Part shown: positions 39,926-50,402 of the stretch, in pieces
Layout of the letters: each line of letters begins with the position of its first letter
How positions within the stretch are numbered: position 1 is the first letter of the stretch
Source of the DNA: Candidatus Bathyarchaeia archaeon
GTDB taxonomy: Archaea > Thermoproteota > Bathyarchaeia > Bathyarchaeales > Bathycorpusculaceae
Assembly (NCBI GenBank): GCA_049515895.1
Contig: JBEKTQ010000011.1
Coordinates: 1 to 64,000 of the forward strand
Direction of reading: 5' to 3'
DNA length: 64,000 nt
Program-made: the position numbers and the translations under genes
Notes under the pieces: model-generated
What the model saw: the letters and a program-made list of their open reading frames with translations, nothing else
The model's database searches: none
Told to the model about the DNA's origin: nothing

Positions 39926-41058
39926 AGTTGCCAACCAAAAAGCAACCTGTAAAGCCTATGTTCGACAATCGTTGAAAGTCTTCGTCTTCCCAACACCCGA
40001 AAATAGTTCTTCCCAGCAGCCTCTATAAGGTCGCCGATGTCGTAGCGGGGTAGCATGGTTGATGAAATGATCAGCCGACCCCATTCGCCTCTTTTGAGCT
40101 CATGAAGCATTTTAGTTCCTTTTTTGGTCTGAACCTCGAAGAGGTAAGTGTCATAGTTTGGTGTTACATAAGGCAGATCATCAAGTTGCTGACCAAAAAC
40201 GCCTTCTGTTGCCGTGTACATTTCCACTATGGGTGCTAATCCGAAATATTTTCTAAGCAAAGGAGCGTACTTGAATTGAATTTTTGGTACGCTAGTGCAA
40301 AACAACGCCTTGAACTTCCATAAGTCTCCTGGCATTTTCTCGTGTTTCTTCTTGACGTACCTGGCGAAGGCCAAGATTACCGGCGTTACACCCATGGTCG
40401 CAGTAACATTATGGTCTAACGCTTTTTGATAGGCTAACTCGAATCTTCTCTCCCAATCAGCTTTGCCTATTCCAGAGCCAAGCTGGTCAATCTCTTCTTG
40501 ACGTGGGAGCAAGCTCACGCGATCAAACATCGGGTTTACTTTAGCGTAGGTTCCTGAACTGTAACCGTATGTCTCTTCCCTGTCTTGCGTTGTCATTCTG
40601 TGAACGCTAGAAGGAAAATTCAGGTTTAAAATGTCCCCGCTAAAGACGTCGAAATTCTCTGTTCTTACTGCATTATGCACTAGCGCTCTGGCTCCACAGG
40701 AAAATATTTGTTTTAGGTGAGTTTTGGTGGCGGGTAGGACTTTGGATGCCCCTGTTGAACCCCTAGTCATCACCCAGCATTCAGGCGACTCAGACAGGAG
40801 CGTTTGATATTTTCCTTCTCTGACTTTGGCTATGTAAGGCAATAGTTCTTGGTAATTCACTATGGGAAAACTTGATTGGTACTGAGTGATTCCGCTAATT
40901 TCGTTGGCTTGAAAAATGGCTCCATACTCGGTCTTGCCATATTCTTTCAGAAGCGTCAGAAGGACTTTTTCTTGGGCTTCTTGTGGGTTTTTCAGCGATT
41001 CGTACCACGGACCAATTATTGTCTGAAGGAGACTAAGACCGCTTTCGTCAATAGACAT
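39922..41058 (-). CDS. GH3-family (ANL superfamily) acyl-adenylate-forming protein, short form
   Basis: QEKVL...TEYG, TRGSTGASK P-loop, YTATEG and RYDIGDLI. Confidence 0.85.
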   Translation of the reverse strand: MSIDESGLSLLQTIIGPWYESLKNPQEAQEKVLLTLLKEYGKTEYGAIFQANEISGITQYQSSFPIVNYQELLPYIAKVREGKYQTLLSESPECWVMTRGSTGASKVLPATKTHLKQIFSCGARALVHNAVRTENFDVFSGDILNLNFPSSVHRMTTQDREETYGYSSGTYAKVNPMFDRVSLLPRQEEIDQLGSGIGKADWERRFELAYQKALDHNVTATMGVTPVILAFARYVKKKHEKMPGDLWKFKALFCTSVPKIQFKYAPLLRKYFGLAPIVEMYTATEGVFGQQLDDLPYVTPNYDTYLFEVQTKKGTKMLHELKRGEWGRLIISSTMLPRYDIGDLIEAAGKNYFRVLGRRRLSTIVEHRLYRLLFGWQL

Positions 41059-41249
41059 TGTCTGCTGCCTTTACTCAGAATATTTTTGTCTCCTCATATT
41101 TGTGATTTTTGTAAGTTTCTAAATTGGAAAAAGTCATCGGTTTCAGGCGGGTTATTTGATTCCAAACGAGAACGCTTGGGACTTTGCCTTTAGGCCTATT
41201 CCTGTCAGTCTAAGCTTACAAAGACTTGTACAATCCGTTGGGTGATCAC

Positions 41250-41735
41250 TTATTGCTTGTCGTATTTTTCCACTTCATTGTTTATAATGGTTAAGTCGAC
41301 ACATGCTTGCTTGAACATTTGTATTGTATCAGCATCGGCATGGTAGCGTTTTTCGCAAACAACCCGTTTTATGCCTGCGTTAATTATAATCATGGCGCAG
41401 GTTCGACATGGCGTCATTTTGCAGAAAAGTGTTGCTCCTTCAAGAGGTATCCCAAACCGTGCTGCTTGAATGATTGCGTTTTGCTCCGCGTGAAGCGTGC
41501 GAACACAGTGTTGGGTAACATTGTCGTTGCTGTCGAAGACTTTACGCATGTCATGGCCTATTTCGTCGCAATGGGGCAAACCAGCAGGAGCACCGACGTA
41601 CCCAGTGGTCATGATTCGTTTGTCTTTAACTATTACGCAACCGCTTCTTCCGCGGTCGCATGTTGCACGTCTAGCGACGGCTTCGCATAAGTCTAAAAAA
41701 TATCTATCCCAATTAGGTCTTGAATTGCTCTCCAA
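41250..41735 (-). CDS. dCMP deaminase / ComEB family
   Basis: RPNWDRYF, HAEQNA and PCRTC. Confidence 0.95.
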   Translation of the reverse strand: MESNSRPNWDRYFLDLCEAVARRATCDRGRSGCVIVKDKRIMTTGYVGAPAGLPHCDEIGHDMRKVFDSNDNVTQHCVRTLHAEQNAIIQAARFGIPLEGATLFCKMTPCRTCAMIIINAGIKRVVCEKRYHADADTIQMFKQACVDLTIINNEVEKYDKQ

Positions 41736-41799
41736 CTTTTTAGCCTCAAGCAGTTTTAGACAAATATCTCCTCATAACGAATTAATAAATTATCTGACA

Positions 41800-43104
41800 T
41801 TAAACCGTTAGTTTTTGGTAAATGTGGATTTCCCTGCCAACCTTATGGCGGTCGTCAACCTCAACCAAAGAATCAAGTTCCGACAACTCTTCAACTCCTT
41901 CCAGCTTCTCTGAAAACATTTCTTTAGCAAATGGCCGCACTCTCTTAAATCCAACGTCCTTAAGTCTCTCGTCTATAGGCATCGTCACAGCTTGCCCGGA
42001 ACGGGTTACAATATAAGGCGTCACAAGCACCAATCGCCCACCTGTTTTCAGCACTCGATAAGCTTCCTCCGCAAAGCCAAAATATAGGGGCTCAAGCTTT
42101 TGAATAATTTTTAAAGCGTAGGGCCCAGTTGGTACTTGTCGCAAGGCTGGACCTAAATCAGGCTCTGTCACTATGCAATCCACAGTCTCCTGCCCAATTT
42201 TCAGAGCCAACTTGCTTACGTCTCCCTGCAAGACCCTAAAGTCTGCGCCTTCAATGTTGTACTCTCTCTGCAGCCACTCAAGATTCTCGCTAGTCGCTTT
42301 TACGCACCACGAATTGGCATCGACACCAACGACTGCAGCCTTCGTTAGGAGCGCTTCTTGAAGAATTGTGCCTACGCCGCAGAATGGGTCAAGCAAAACT
42401 TTCTTTGACGTGCAGGCGGACAAGTTAACCATTATTCGGGCTAATCTTGGAGGCATCGCAAAGATTCTTCTCTGGTTAGGCTTGTAAATATCTCTTTTTT
42501 GGAACTCGAAGGGGTTGTGAACGGAGACCGTTGTTCCCACCCAAGTTTGCTCTCTGCCTACGCACAATAACACTTCTGCTTGGTTTTCAACCAGCTTTTT
42601 CTTTAGAACTTCAACATGACTTAGTTGCGGTAACCTTCTATCTTTCGAAAAACCCATGAACCTTGATTTCTTGCCACAACTGGCCAGTTCATCCTTCACG
42701 GTGCTTCCGATAAACCGCTGGATAACTCCAGATTGGGGGCGGAGGGTTTTGTCAGAGGCGTAGACGCTAACTCCGAAAAACACCTTCCTGGAAGACTTTG
42801 CCATTGCATCAACCAGACCGCTTGAGCCCAGCGCAGCGGCTATCTGTGACTGGGTTTGCTTGTTTCTTTCACAAAAAGCTTGCTTTGCAATCTGCGTTTC
42901 AAACTCTGTTTTTGCCAGGCCGATTTTTATTGTTCCGCCTAAATCTTCTATGGCTATGCTGATTTCTGGTTTTAGGTCGAGTGCAAAAAACTCTTTCGAA
43001 AAAAAATGTACATCAAACTTTATTTCTTTGGCATTAAGGTAAGCGAGAATCTCCGCTAGTGAAAGTTTCCAGTTTTTTCCGGAGATAAATAGTCTTGTTA
43101 GCAT
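41800..43104 (-). CDS. Trm11/TrmG10-like tRNA m2G methyltransferase
   Basis: PPRLARIMVNL, LDPFCGVGT and VTEP. Confidence 0.82.
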   Translation of the reverse strand: MLTRLFISGKNWKLSLAEILAYLNAKEIKFDVHFFSKEFFALDLKPEISIAIEDLGGTIKIGLAKTEFETQIAKQAFCERNKQTQSQIAAALGSSGLVDAMAKSSRKVFFGVSVYASDKTLRPQSGVIQRFIGSTVKDELASCGKKSRFMGFSKDRRLPQLSHVEVLKKKLVENQAEVLLCVGREQTWVGTTVSVHNPFEFQKRDIYKPNQRRIFAMPPRLARIMVNLSACTSKKVLLDPFCGVGTILQEALLTKAAVVGVDANSWCVKATSENLEWLQREYNIEGADFRVLQGDVSKLALKIGQETVDCIVTEPDLGPALRQVPTGPYALKIIQKLEPLYFGFAEEAYRVLKTGGRLVLVTPYIVTRSGQAVTMPIDERLKDVGFKRVRPFAKEMFSEKLEGVEELSELDSLVEVDDRHKVGREIHIYQKLTV

Positions 43105-43269
43105 TCGTTAATGAAAAAGTTAACTAAGTATATAAGAAATGGCGCGCTTTTTGTCAAGAAAGCCTTTCTAATGTAAATGATTATGCGTTAATATTAACGG
43201 AATTGTTAAGCTCGGATTTGCAAATCGTTTAAATACCGCTGGGAGCGTTAGCTAAAAAGGGATACTTTC

Positions 43270-43812
43270 ATGCATGCGCGAAATTACAGGCACGTGAAGA
43301 ACCGAGCGTACACACGAAAAGAATACGCTAGAGGTTTTCCGCCACCAAAAATAGTGAAATTCACCATGGGTGATACTAAGGCAACCTTTGAAATCCAGGG
43401 TCAGCTTATCGCTACGGAACGAGCTCAGATACGCCATAGTGCTTTGGAAGCAGCGCGCGTGGCTACAAACCGCGTCTTAATGGATAAACTCATAAATGAT
43501 TACCTCATGGTTGTTCATCCATATCCGCACATCATCCTGAGAGAAAACAAGATGATTTTCGGCGCTCACGCTGACCGACTCCAGCAGGGAATGAGACGTT
43601 CCTTCGGAACAGCGATTGGCACTGCGGCAAAGGTAGAGGTGGGGCAACCCATTATTACCGTCAAAGTGAAAGCTGGAGCTGAGGAAACAGCCAAAGAATC
43701 CCTTAAAAGAGGCAGCGCAAAACTTCCCATCCCTTGCAAGATAGTCATCTCCAAGATTGAAGCTTCTCCAGATGTAACTGAGAAGGAACAACCGGAGACG
43801 GAGACGCCTTGA
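43270..43812 (+). CDS. rpl10e: 50S ribosomal protein L10e (uL16)
   Basis: ALEAARV and LRENKMIFGAHADRLQQGMR. Confidence 0.98.
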   Translation: MHARNYRHVKNRAYTRKEYARGFPPPKIVKFTMGDTKATFEIQGQLIATERAQIRHSALEAARVATNRVLMDKLINDYLMVVHPYPHIILRENKMIFGAHADRLQQGMRRSFGTAIGTAAKVEVGQPIITVKVKAGAEETAKESLKRGSAKLPIPCKIVISKIEASPDVTEKEQPETETP

Positions 43813-46238
43813 GCGCAAAAGGGAAAGAACTGGTTTTATGGTTTGATGATGTAAGAAATACTGATGTTCATCTTGTTGGCGGAAAAAACGCCAGCCTCGG
43901 CGAAATGATTAGTGTAGGATTGCCTGTTCCTCCCGGTTTTGCGGTAACAGCTTATTCTTATGAAAAGTATATTCAAGAAAAGAACATAGCTGAGGAAATT
44001 TACAAAATAATAAATGAAACCGTTACAAACCCGAATGACCCCAAACAGTACGATGTAGCATCCAAAAAAATACGGGAACTTATCGAAAAAACTCCAATGC
44101 CTAAAGATATCGAAAATGCTATACGATCCGCCTATAAACAATTAAACCAGCGGCTCGAGCTGAAAGATGTTTTTGTTGCGGTACGGTCAAGCGCTACAGC
44201 CGAAGATTTGCCTGACGCGTCCTTTGCAGGTCAGCAGGAAACTTTCCTGAACGTTAAGGGACCCGATGACCTTATAGGCAAAGTAGTGAAGTGCTGGTCA
44301 AGTCTGTTTACGCCAAGAGCTATCTTTTATCGAACCGAGAAAGGCTTTGCGCATGAGAAAGTCTTCATAAGTGTTGGGGTTCAAAAAATGGTCAATTCTG
44401 GCTGTGCCGGCGTCATGTTTACCATAAACCCTGTTACCGGAGATCAAAATGAAATTGTTATTGAGGGTAACTATGGTTTAGGGGAAACAGTAGTTTCAGG
44501 CGTAGTTAACCCAGACGACTTTGTTATTGATAAGGCTACGTTGAAGATTAAGGATAGAAGAATTGCCCGTAAAACAATTGAATACATTCGTGATCCAACG
44601 ACAGGTAAAACGGTGCACTTAGACGTGCCAGTGGATAAGCAGAAAGTTACCTGCATAACCGATGAAGAAATCTCAACGCTTGCAAAACTCGCAAAGCGGA
44701 TTGAAGGTCATTATGGAAAACCCATGGATATTGAATGGGCAATTGACCAAGACCTGTCTTTTCCACAGAATATGTTCATAGTTCAAGCTCGTCCAGAAAC
44801 AGTTTGGGGTTCAAAAACAATGGAAACACCAGTTAAAGAACAAAATGTCCAAGAAGCCTTAAAAGTAGCAGTCAGAGGCATTTCGGCTGGAAGAAAAGGT
44901 TACGGCGCAGGCATGGCAAAAGTTGTCCTAAATACTGACGACGCAAACAAAATAATGCGCAAAGGAGATATTCTTGTGACAGGCATGACTGACCCTGACT
45001 TTGTGCCATTCATGAAAATGGCAAGTGCTATAGTAACCGACAAAGGGGGAGTCACGTCGCACGCAGCAATTGTGAGCCGCGAACTTAGCATTCCATGTGT
45101 GGTAGGTACAGAAACAGCTACTCAAGTAATGAAAACAGGTAAAGAATATACAGTGGATTCAAGAAACGGCATAGTTTACGAAGGCATAATGACCCAAGCC
45201 ATTCAACCGGCAGTCACATCAAATGGGCCAGCTATGGGTATGCAAGCAACAGAGACAGCTCCAGTAACTGCCACGAAAATATATATGAATTTAGGTGTTC
45301 CAGAAAAAATTGAAGATTACAAAAACCTACCCTTCGAAGGCATCGGATTGATGCGTATCGAATTCATTTTAGCCAGCGCAATAGGTCAGCACCCAATGAT
45401 GTTTGTCGAAACAGGTAAGAGCCAAGAATTCATAGACAAACTTGCCGAAGGCATGGCAACCGTTGCTCGAGCAATACAGCCTCGACCCGTTGTGGTGCGA
45501 TTAAGCGACTTTAAAACCAATGAGTACCGAGGCTTAAAAGGCGGAGAAAAATACGAAATAGTCGAAGAAAACCCAATGCTCGGTTGGAGAGGCTGCAGTC
45601 GATACATAAGCAAATGGTACGTCGAAGCCTTCCGGCTTGAATGCAAAGCCATCAAGAAATGCCGAACAGAATGGGGTCTTAAAAACGTCTATGCCATGCT
45701 TCCTATGGTTCGGACTCTTTGGGAAGCCAAGAAAGTCCTCGAAATTATGAAGGAAGAAGGTCTAGAGCGAACCCGCGACTTCAAAATATGGTTTATGGCT
45801 GAAACGCCGTCCATAGCAATAATGGCTGACGAATTCTCTAAGCTGGTCGACGGCTTCTCAATAGGCTCAAACGACATGACTCAAGGCATACTTATGATTG
45901 ACCGCGACTCCGAACGCTTAGGTCAAATGGGCTACTTCGACGAAAGAGACCCAGCTGTAAAAAGAATAATTGCACACCTCATCAAAGTGGCTCACGAAAA
46001 CGGATGTACTGTGTCAATCTGCGGTGAAGGGCCATCAAATCTTCCAGACTTCGCAGAATTCCTCGTTCGCGCGGGAATTGATAGCATTTCCGTAAACAAC
46101 GATGCTCTAGTAGTTACAAGAAAAAATGTTGCCAGTATAGAACAAAAGATAATTCTTGAACGGCTTGCTGAACAAGCCGCTATAGCTCGCGGTCAACCTC
46201 TTAAAAAGCCAACACAAGACTGGGAATGGCCACGCTAG
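43809..46238 (+). CDS. ppsA: Phosphoenolpyruvate synthase
   Basis: VGGKNASLGE, SFAGQQET, GGVTSHAAI and FSIGSND. Confidence 0.97.
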   Translation: MSAKGKELVLWFDDVRNTDVHLVGGKNASLGEMISVGLPVPPGFAVTAYSYEKYIQEKNIAEEIYKIINETVTNPNDPKQYDVASKKIRELIEKTPMPKDIENAIRSAYKQLNQRLELKDVFVAVRSSATAEDLPDASFAGQQETFLNVKGPDDLIGKVVKCWSSLFTPRAIFYRTEKGFAHEKVFISVGVQKMVNSGCAGVMFTINPVTGDQNEIVIEGNYGLGETVVSGVVNPDDFVIDKATLKIKDRRIARKTIEYIRDPTTGKTVHLDVPVDKQKVTCITDEEISTLAKLAKRIEGHYGKPMDIEWAIDQDLSFPQNMFIVQARPETVWGSKTMETPVKEQNVQEALKVAVRGISAGRKGYGAGMAKVVLNTDDANKIMRKGDILVTGMTDPDFVPFMKMASAIVTDKGGVTSHAAIVSRELSIPCVVGTETATQVMKTGKEYTVDSRNGIVYEGIMTQAIQPAVTSNGPAMGMQATETAPVTATKIYMNLGVPEKIEDYKNLPFEGIGLMRIEFILASAIGQHPMMFVETGKSQEFIDKLAEGMATVARAIQPRPVVVRLSDFKTNEYRGLKGGEKYEIVEENPMLGWRGCSRYISKWYVEAFRLECKAIKKCRTEWGLKNVYAMLPMVRTLWEAKKVLEIMKEEGLERTRDFKIWFMAETPSIAIMADEFSKLVDGFSIGSNDMTQGILMIDRDSERLGQMGYFDERDPAVKRIIAHLIKVAHENGCTVSICGEGPSNLPDFAEFLVRAGIDSISVNNDALVVTRKNVASIEQKIILERLAEQAAIARGQPLKKPTQDWEWPR

Positions 46239-46324
46239 CATCAAAAATTCTCAAGCAACTTTGTAGCCTTTGTTTTCTTTTCTCTTCAGTTTTCTTTTTT
46301 ACCTCCTCGCGGTCGGCGTAAAGT

Positions 46325-47326
46325 ATGAAAACGTTTGATTTTGAAGAAGAAAGAATAAAACGAGAGATTACGAAACTTGGCGCCAAACGGGTCCTACTTC
46401 AACTACCAGAAGGACTAAAACCTGACGGCCCACATCTAGCTGAAATTGTAGAGAAAGCTGGTGCCCTTCCCATAATTTCCGCTGACCCATGCTACGGCGC
46501 CTGCGACATCGCGATCGATGAAGCGGAAAGTTTGGGCGTGGATTTGATAGTGCATTTTGGGCACTCAAAACTTCTGGTTCATGAGAGGGTTCCGACAATT
46601 TGCATCGAGACAAGAGCAACCGCACCAGTCAATAAGGCTGTGGAGCAGGCCTTGCCACTTTTAAGTAATTACGTTAAAATCGGTTTAGCTACTTCAGTGC
46701 AGCATCTGCAAGCGCTAACCCAAGCCAGAGAAATCTTAACCAAAGCTGGAAAAACAGTGACAATCGGCGACAGCGGGCAAATGAGTTACCCCGGTCAAGT
46801 CTTGGGCTGCAATTACAGCAATGCTAAATCAATTGCGGATGAAGTGGATGCTTTTCTATTTATAGGCGGAGGCTTGTTCCATGCATTAGGCGTAGCATTG
46901 AACACTTCTAAACCAACCGTGGTTGCAGACCCATACGATAACAGGGCTTTCTCGATCGATGATGAAGCCCAGAAAATCATCAAGCAACGCTGGGCGAGCA
47001 TTGAAGAAGCCCGAAACGCAAAGAACTTCGGTGTCCTAATTGGCTTAAAGCCGGGGCAAAAAAAGATTGATCAAGCCTTGAGAATTAAGGATTTGGCGCA
47101 AAAGCACGGGGGGACTGCATTTCTGTTCGCCGCAAAGGAAATTACCCCAGAAACATTCTTGGAGTTTCCATCCATCGACGCATATGTTAACACAGCTTGC
47201 CCAAGAATAAGTCTAGATGCTCCGAGCAAGTTTTCAAAACCCGTTTTGACTGTTAACGAGTTTATGGTAGTTGTTGGCGAATCTTCATGGGAAAACATGC
47301 TCAAACAAGGATTATTCGAAAGCTAG
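46325..47326 (+). CDS. dph2: Diphthamide biosynthesis protein Dph2
   Basis: QLPEGLK, CYGACD, GQVLGC and TACPR. Confidence 0.96.
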   Translation: MKTFDFEEERIKREITKLGAKRVLLQLPEGLKPDGPHLAEIVEKAGALPIISADPCYGACDIAIDEAESLGVDLIVHFGHSKLLVHERVPTICIETRATAPVNKAVEQALPLLSNYVKIGLATSVQHLQALTQAREILTKAGKTVTIGDSGQMSYPGQVLGCNYSNAKSIADEVDAFLFIGGGLFHALGVALNTSKPTVVADPYDNRAFSIDDEAQKIIKQRWASIEEARNAKNFGVLIGLKPGQKKIDQALRIKDLAQKHGGTAFLFAAKEITPETFLEFPSIDAYVNTACPRISLDAPSKFSKPVLTVNEFMVVVGESSWENMLKQGLFES

Positions 47327-47988
47327 AGTTAGAGCGGTTTCTCTCAAAAATTGCTCCTCAGCCCTGTCCTCAATCCCATCTTGAACAATACACTATTTCA
47401 GAACCAGTTGCTGCAGCCACACTTTACCTCGCTGCCTACACAAATAACGATGTTATTGGAAAGGCTGTTTTGGATTTAGGCTGCGGAACAGGCAGGCTTT
47501 CCTTAGGCGCCGCATACATTGGAGCTGAGGAAGTTGTCGGTATTGACATCGATAAGCGAGCTATTGAATCTGCCATTGAAAACTCAAGGAAAGTCTGTTT
47601 GCCAGGGAAAATTCAATGGATCGTGGGCGACATCCAATCTGTTGTAGGCAGATTTGACACGGTCTTGCAGAATCCGCCTTTCGGAGTGCAAACTCGCGAA
47701 GCTGACAGGGCATTCTTAGTCAAAGCATTAGAGTCAGCAAATTCTGTTTACTCCCTTCACAACCATCCAGAAACCGATAATCGACTGATTAGGCAGCTCA
47801 AAGCAAGGGGCGGATTCTTGCAAGTTCAGCCATCTCCCTTCTTGGAAAGGTTTGTCACCAAACATGATGGCGCTGTAAAAGCGGTTTACGCAATGCTCAT
47901 GACGATTCCGCGACTTTTTGATTTCCATACAAAGACCAGACATGTTTTTATCGTTGACTTGTACGTGATTGAAGCGTCAAAACGTTAA
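47287..47988 (+). CDS. METTL5-like N6-adenine RNA methyltransferase
   Basis: LEQY, DLGCGTG and NPPFG. Confidence 0.92.
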   Translation: MGKHAQTRIIRKLELERFLSKIAPQPCPQSHLEQYTISEPVAAATLYLAAYTNNDVIGKAVLDLGCGTGRLSLGAAYIGAEEVVGIDIDKRAIESAIENSRKVCLPGKIQWIVGDIQSVVGRFDTVLQNPPFGVQTREADRAFLVKALESANSVYSLHNHPETDNRLIRQLKARGGFLQVQPSPFLERFVTKHDGAVKAVYAMLMTIPRLFDFHTKTRHVFIVDLYVIEASKR

Positions 47989-48132
47989 CAAATCTATAGG
48001 CAATCATCCCGGAATTAACTTGGTATATCAATCAAAAGGTTTATTGATAAGATTAGAAACTAAGCATATGCGTTTATCAAATAGCCCGTTCAACTTGTTT
48101 AAAAGTAAATAATGAGTAAAAGGGAAACTGTC

Positions 48133-48714
48133 ATGAGTCTAAAGTCACCTCAACAAAAAAGTGGTCATTTAGTTGTGCCTGGCGAACGCTTAGGCGTTAT
48201 TGAAGAATTTATTCCAGACTCGGGAACCTACGTTAAAGACGGCGTCATCTTTTCCAAAATTGTAGGTCGCTCATTGGTTGATCTACAGAACAAACGCGTT
48301 TCTGTTTACCCCGCATCTGAAGGCGCTGTCGTGCCGAAACTTTCAGGCACGATCTTGGGGCAAGTGGGTAATGCTCAATCCGACAACGTTTTGGTAAGGA
48401 TTTTTAAAGTGGGAAACAAAAAGATTTCAGGCGAGTTCGGCGGTATTCTTCACATTTCCGACGTTTCGGACAGATATGTCACATCGATGAACGACGTTTG
48501 CAAGCCTGGAGACATCATTAGGGCTAAGGTGATTAGTGAAAAAAACCGCATCTTCCACCTAACAACGAACGACAAGAATTTAGGAGTATTAGATGCTTTC
48601 TGCTCTCGATGCGGGAGCCTGCTTGAACCAGAACGATATGAACTGCGTTGTCCAAAATGCGGTAACATTGAAAGCCGTAAAATGGCCCCTGACTACGGGA
48701 AGGAAGCTCTATAA
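48133..48714 (+). CDS. csl4: Exosome RNA-binding subunit Csl4
   Basis: VVPGERLG, S1 domain PGDIIRAKV and a C-terminal zinc ribbon. Confidence 0.95.
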   Translation: MSLKSPQQKSGHLVVPGERLGVIEEFIPDSGTYVKDGVIFSKIVGRSLVDLQNKRVSVYPASEGAVVPKLSGTILGQVGNAQSDNVLVRIFKVGNKKISGEFGGILHISDVSDRYVTSMNDVCKPGDIIRAKVISEKNRIFHLTTNDKNLGVLDAFCSRCGSLLEPERYELRCPKCGNIESRKMAPDYGKEAL

Positions 48715-48730
48715 AGAGGATTGAGTCGGG

Positions 48731-49012
48731 TTGAAAATTAACGTTGTTAAGAAATCCGGGAACGAACTGAAAATAGAAATCGTAGGCGGAAGCCACGGGC
48801 TTTGCAACTTGCTAACAAAGCGACTCCTAGAGGATAAAACCGTGGACTTTGCAGGCTACGATGTGCCGCACCCTTTAGCTTCAAGTCCTAATATCTACCT
48901 AAGGATGAAGGGGAAAACTAAGCCCGAAGAAGCGTTGCTTAGAGCGGTTGAGAAAGTTCGAGGCGCGAACGACGCTTTCGCCAAAGAGCTAGACCGCGCT
49001 CTCAAAGCATAG
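48731..49012 (+). CDS. rpo11: RNA polymerase subunit Rpo11 (RpoL)
   Basis: HGLCNLL...FAGYDVPHPL; follows csl4. Confidence 0.95.
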   Translation: MKINVVKKSGNELKIEIVGGSHGLCNLLTKRLLEDKTVDFAGYDVPHPLASSPNIYLRMKGKTKPEEALLRAVEKVRGANDAFAKELDRALKA

Positions 49013-49170
49013 TTTGTATCCGTTTTTATTCTTTTCAGTGATTTCCCGCAAATTGAACAAGTTTCCTCGCTTTTTTCAGGGTGTTAACTGAGGCGATTTT
49101 CCCATTTTAGCGATTGAATTGTTTGGCGTGCAAGGGTCTGATTTTCTAGTTTTAGTTTAAAAGCGGAGTA

Positions 49171-49776
49171 GTGTATTATTTAGTTTCGGGGAATGTTTTG
49201 GAGCCACAAAGATTTCGAGTGATAAAACCTGAAATCCGGATCCTCGGAGTTGACGACGGCCATTTTGTTCCTCACACAGAGGGTATGGCTATTGTTGTGG
49301 GCGTTGTTTTCCGAGGTGGCAGTTCAGTCGACGGCGTCATGCATACTCATGTGGCAATAGACGGTTTCGACGCTAATGAAAAGTTAACTATTATGATTAA
49401 CAGTTCGCCTCATCGCAAACAGTTACGTTTGGTGATGTTAAATGGCATAACGTTTGCTGGCTTCAATGTCGTAGATATTAAAAGGCTCAACATTGACACA
49501 AAACTTCCTATTATTGCGCTAACCCGTGAAAAGCCCGATTTAGAAGCAGTTCGCAAAGCGCTAAGTAATTTGCCTAATAGCGAGGAGCGTTGGAACAAGG
49601 TTCTTGCCGCCGGCCAAATCCATGAATTGTGCTGCTTCGGCATAAAGATTTACATTGAGTTAGCTGGAATTTCATTGATTGATGCTAAAGAAATTATTGA
49701 GACGACTTCAACAAACAGCAGTTTCCCTGAACCGCTCCGCGTCGCGCATATTATCGCTTCTGGAGTTAGTCTCTGA
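49171..49776 (+). CDS. DUF99 family (endonuclease V-like fold)
   Basis: RILGVDDG, GITFAGFNVVD and PEPLRVAH; the true start is probably slightly downstream. Confidence 0.92.
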   Translation: MYYLVSGNVLEPQRFRVIKPEIRILGVDDGHFVPHTEGMAIVVGVVFRGGSSVDGVMHTHVAIDGFDANEKLTIMINSSPHRKQLRLVMLNGITFAGFNVVDIKRLNIDTKLPIIALTREKPDLEAVRKALSNLPNSEERWNKVLAAGQIHELCCFGIKIYIELAGISLIDAKEIIETTSTNSSFPEPLRVAHIIASGVSL

Positions 49777-49857
49777 ATTCGCGTGACTTGGAAAAGGTTT
49801 AAAAGGTACATTGCTAAGGGAATCAAAAACGGATGCGTATATTGGAGTTCGGGAAAT

Positions 49858-50208
49858 ATGGAATTCTGCCCTAAATGCGGTTCTCGTCTTGAGCCAAAGA
49901 AATCCAAGGCTGGGAAAGAGGCTTCTTTAGTTCTTGTTTGCCCTAAATGCGGATATAGAAAGCCAGAAGCTGGCGAAAAAATTGAAGTGGCACCGAAAGT
50001 TATCCAACATACCCCTCAACAATTTGTCGCCGTAATTGGAAAAGAAGAACAGAAACTCAGTACACTGCCGACCGTGCGAATTGAATGTCCAAGATGCGGA
50101 AATAACTCGGCTTATGTATGGCAGGTGCAAACCCGAGGCGCAGATGAATCTTCAACCCAGTTCCTACGCTGCACCAAATGCAGCTACACCTTCAGAGAAT
50201 ACAGCTAA
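49858..50208 (+). CDS. tfs: Transcription factor S
   Basis: Two zinc ribbons; QTRGADE catalytic motif. Confidence 0.96.
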   Translation: MEFCPKCGSRLEPKKSKAGKEASLVLVCPKCGYRKPEAGEKIEVAPKVIQHTPQQFVAVIGKEEQKLSTLPTVRIECPRCGNNSAYVWQVQTRGADESSTQFLRCTKCSYTFREYS

Positions 50209-50402
50209 AGGCTCTTTCGCCGTTTTTCCTTCTTTTATGGAACCTAATTAAGCACTCAAATTATTCCTCATTGATTTCTTGCTTTCTATGTTATCAAGCG
50301 CATTTTTTGGGGCTGGCGTATGGCAATTTTTATTAGCTAAAAGCGTAATCACAAGCTATATAACTTTACAGTAATATGCAATAGGCGAGGTAGAGAAGTA
50401 AC

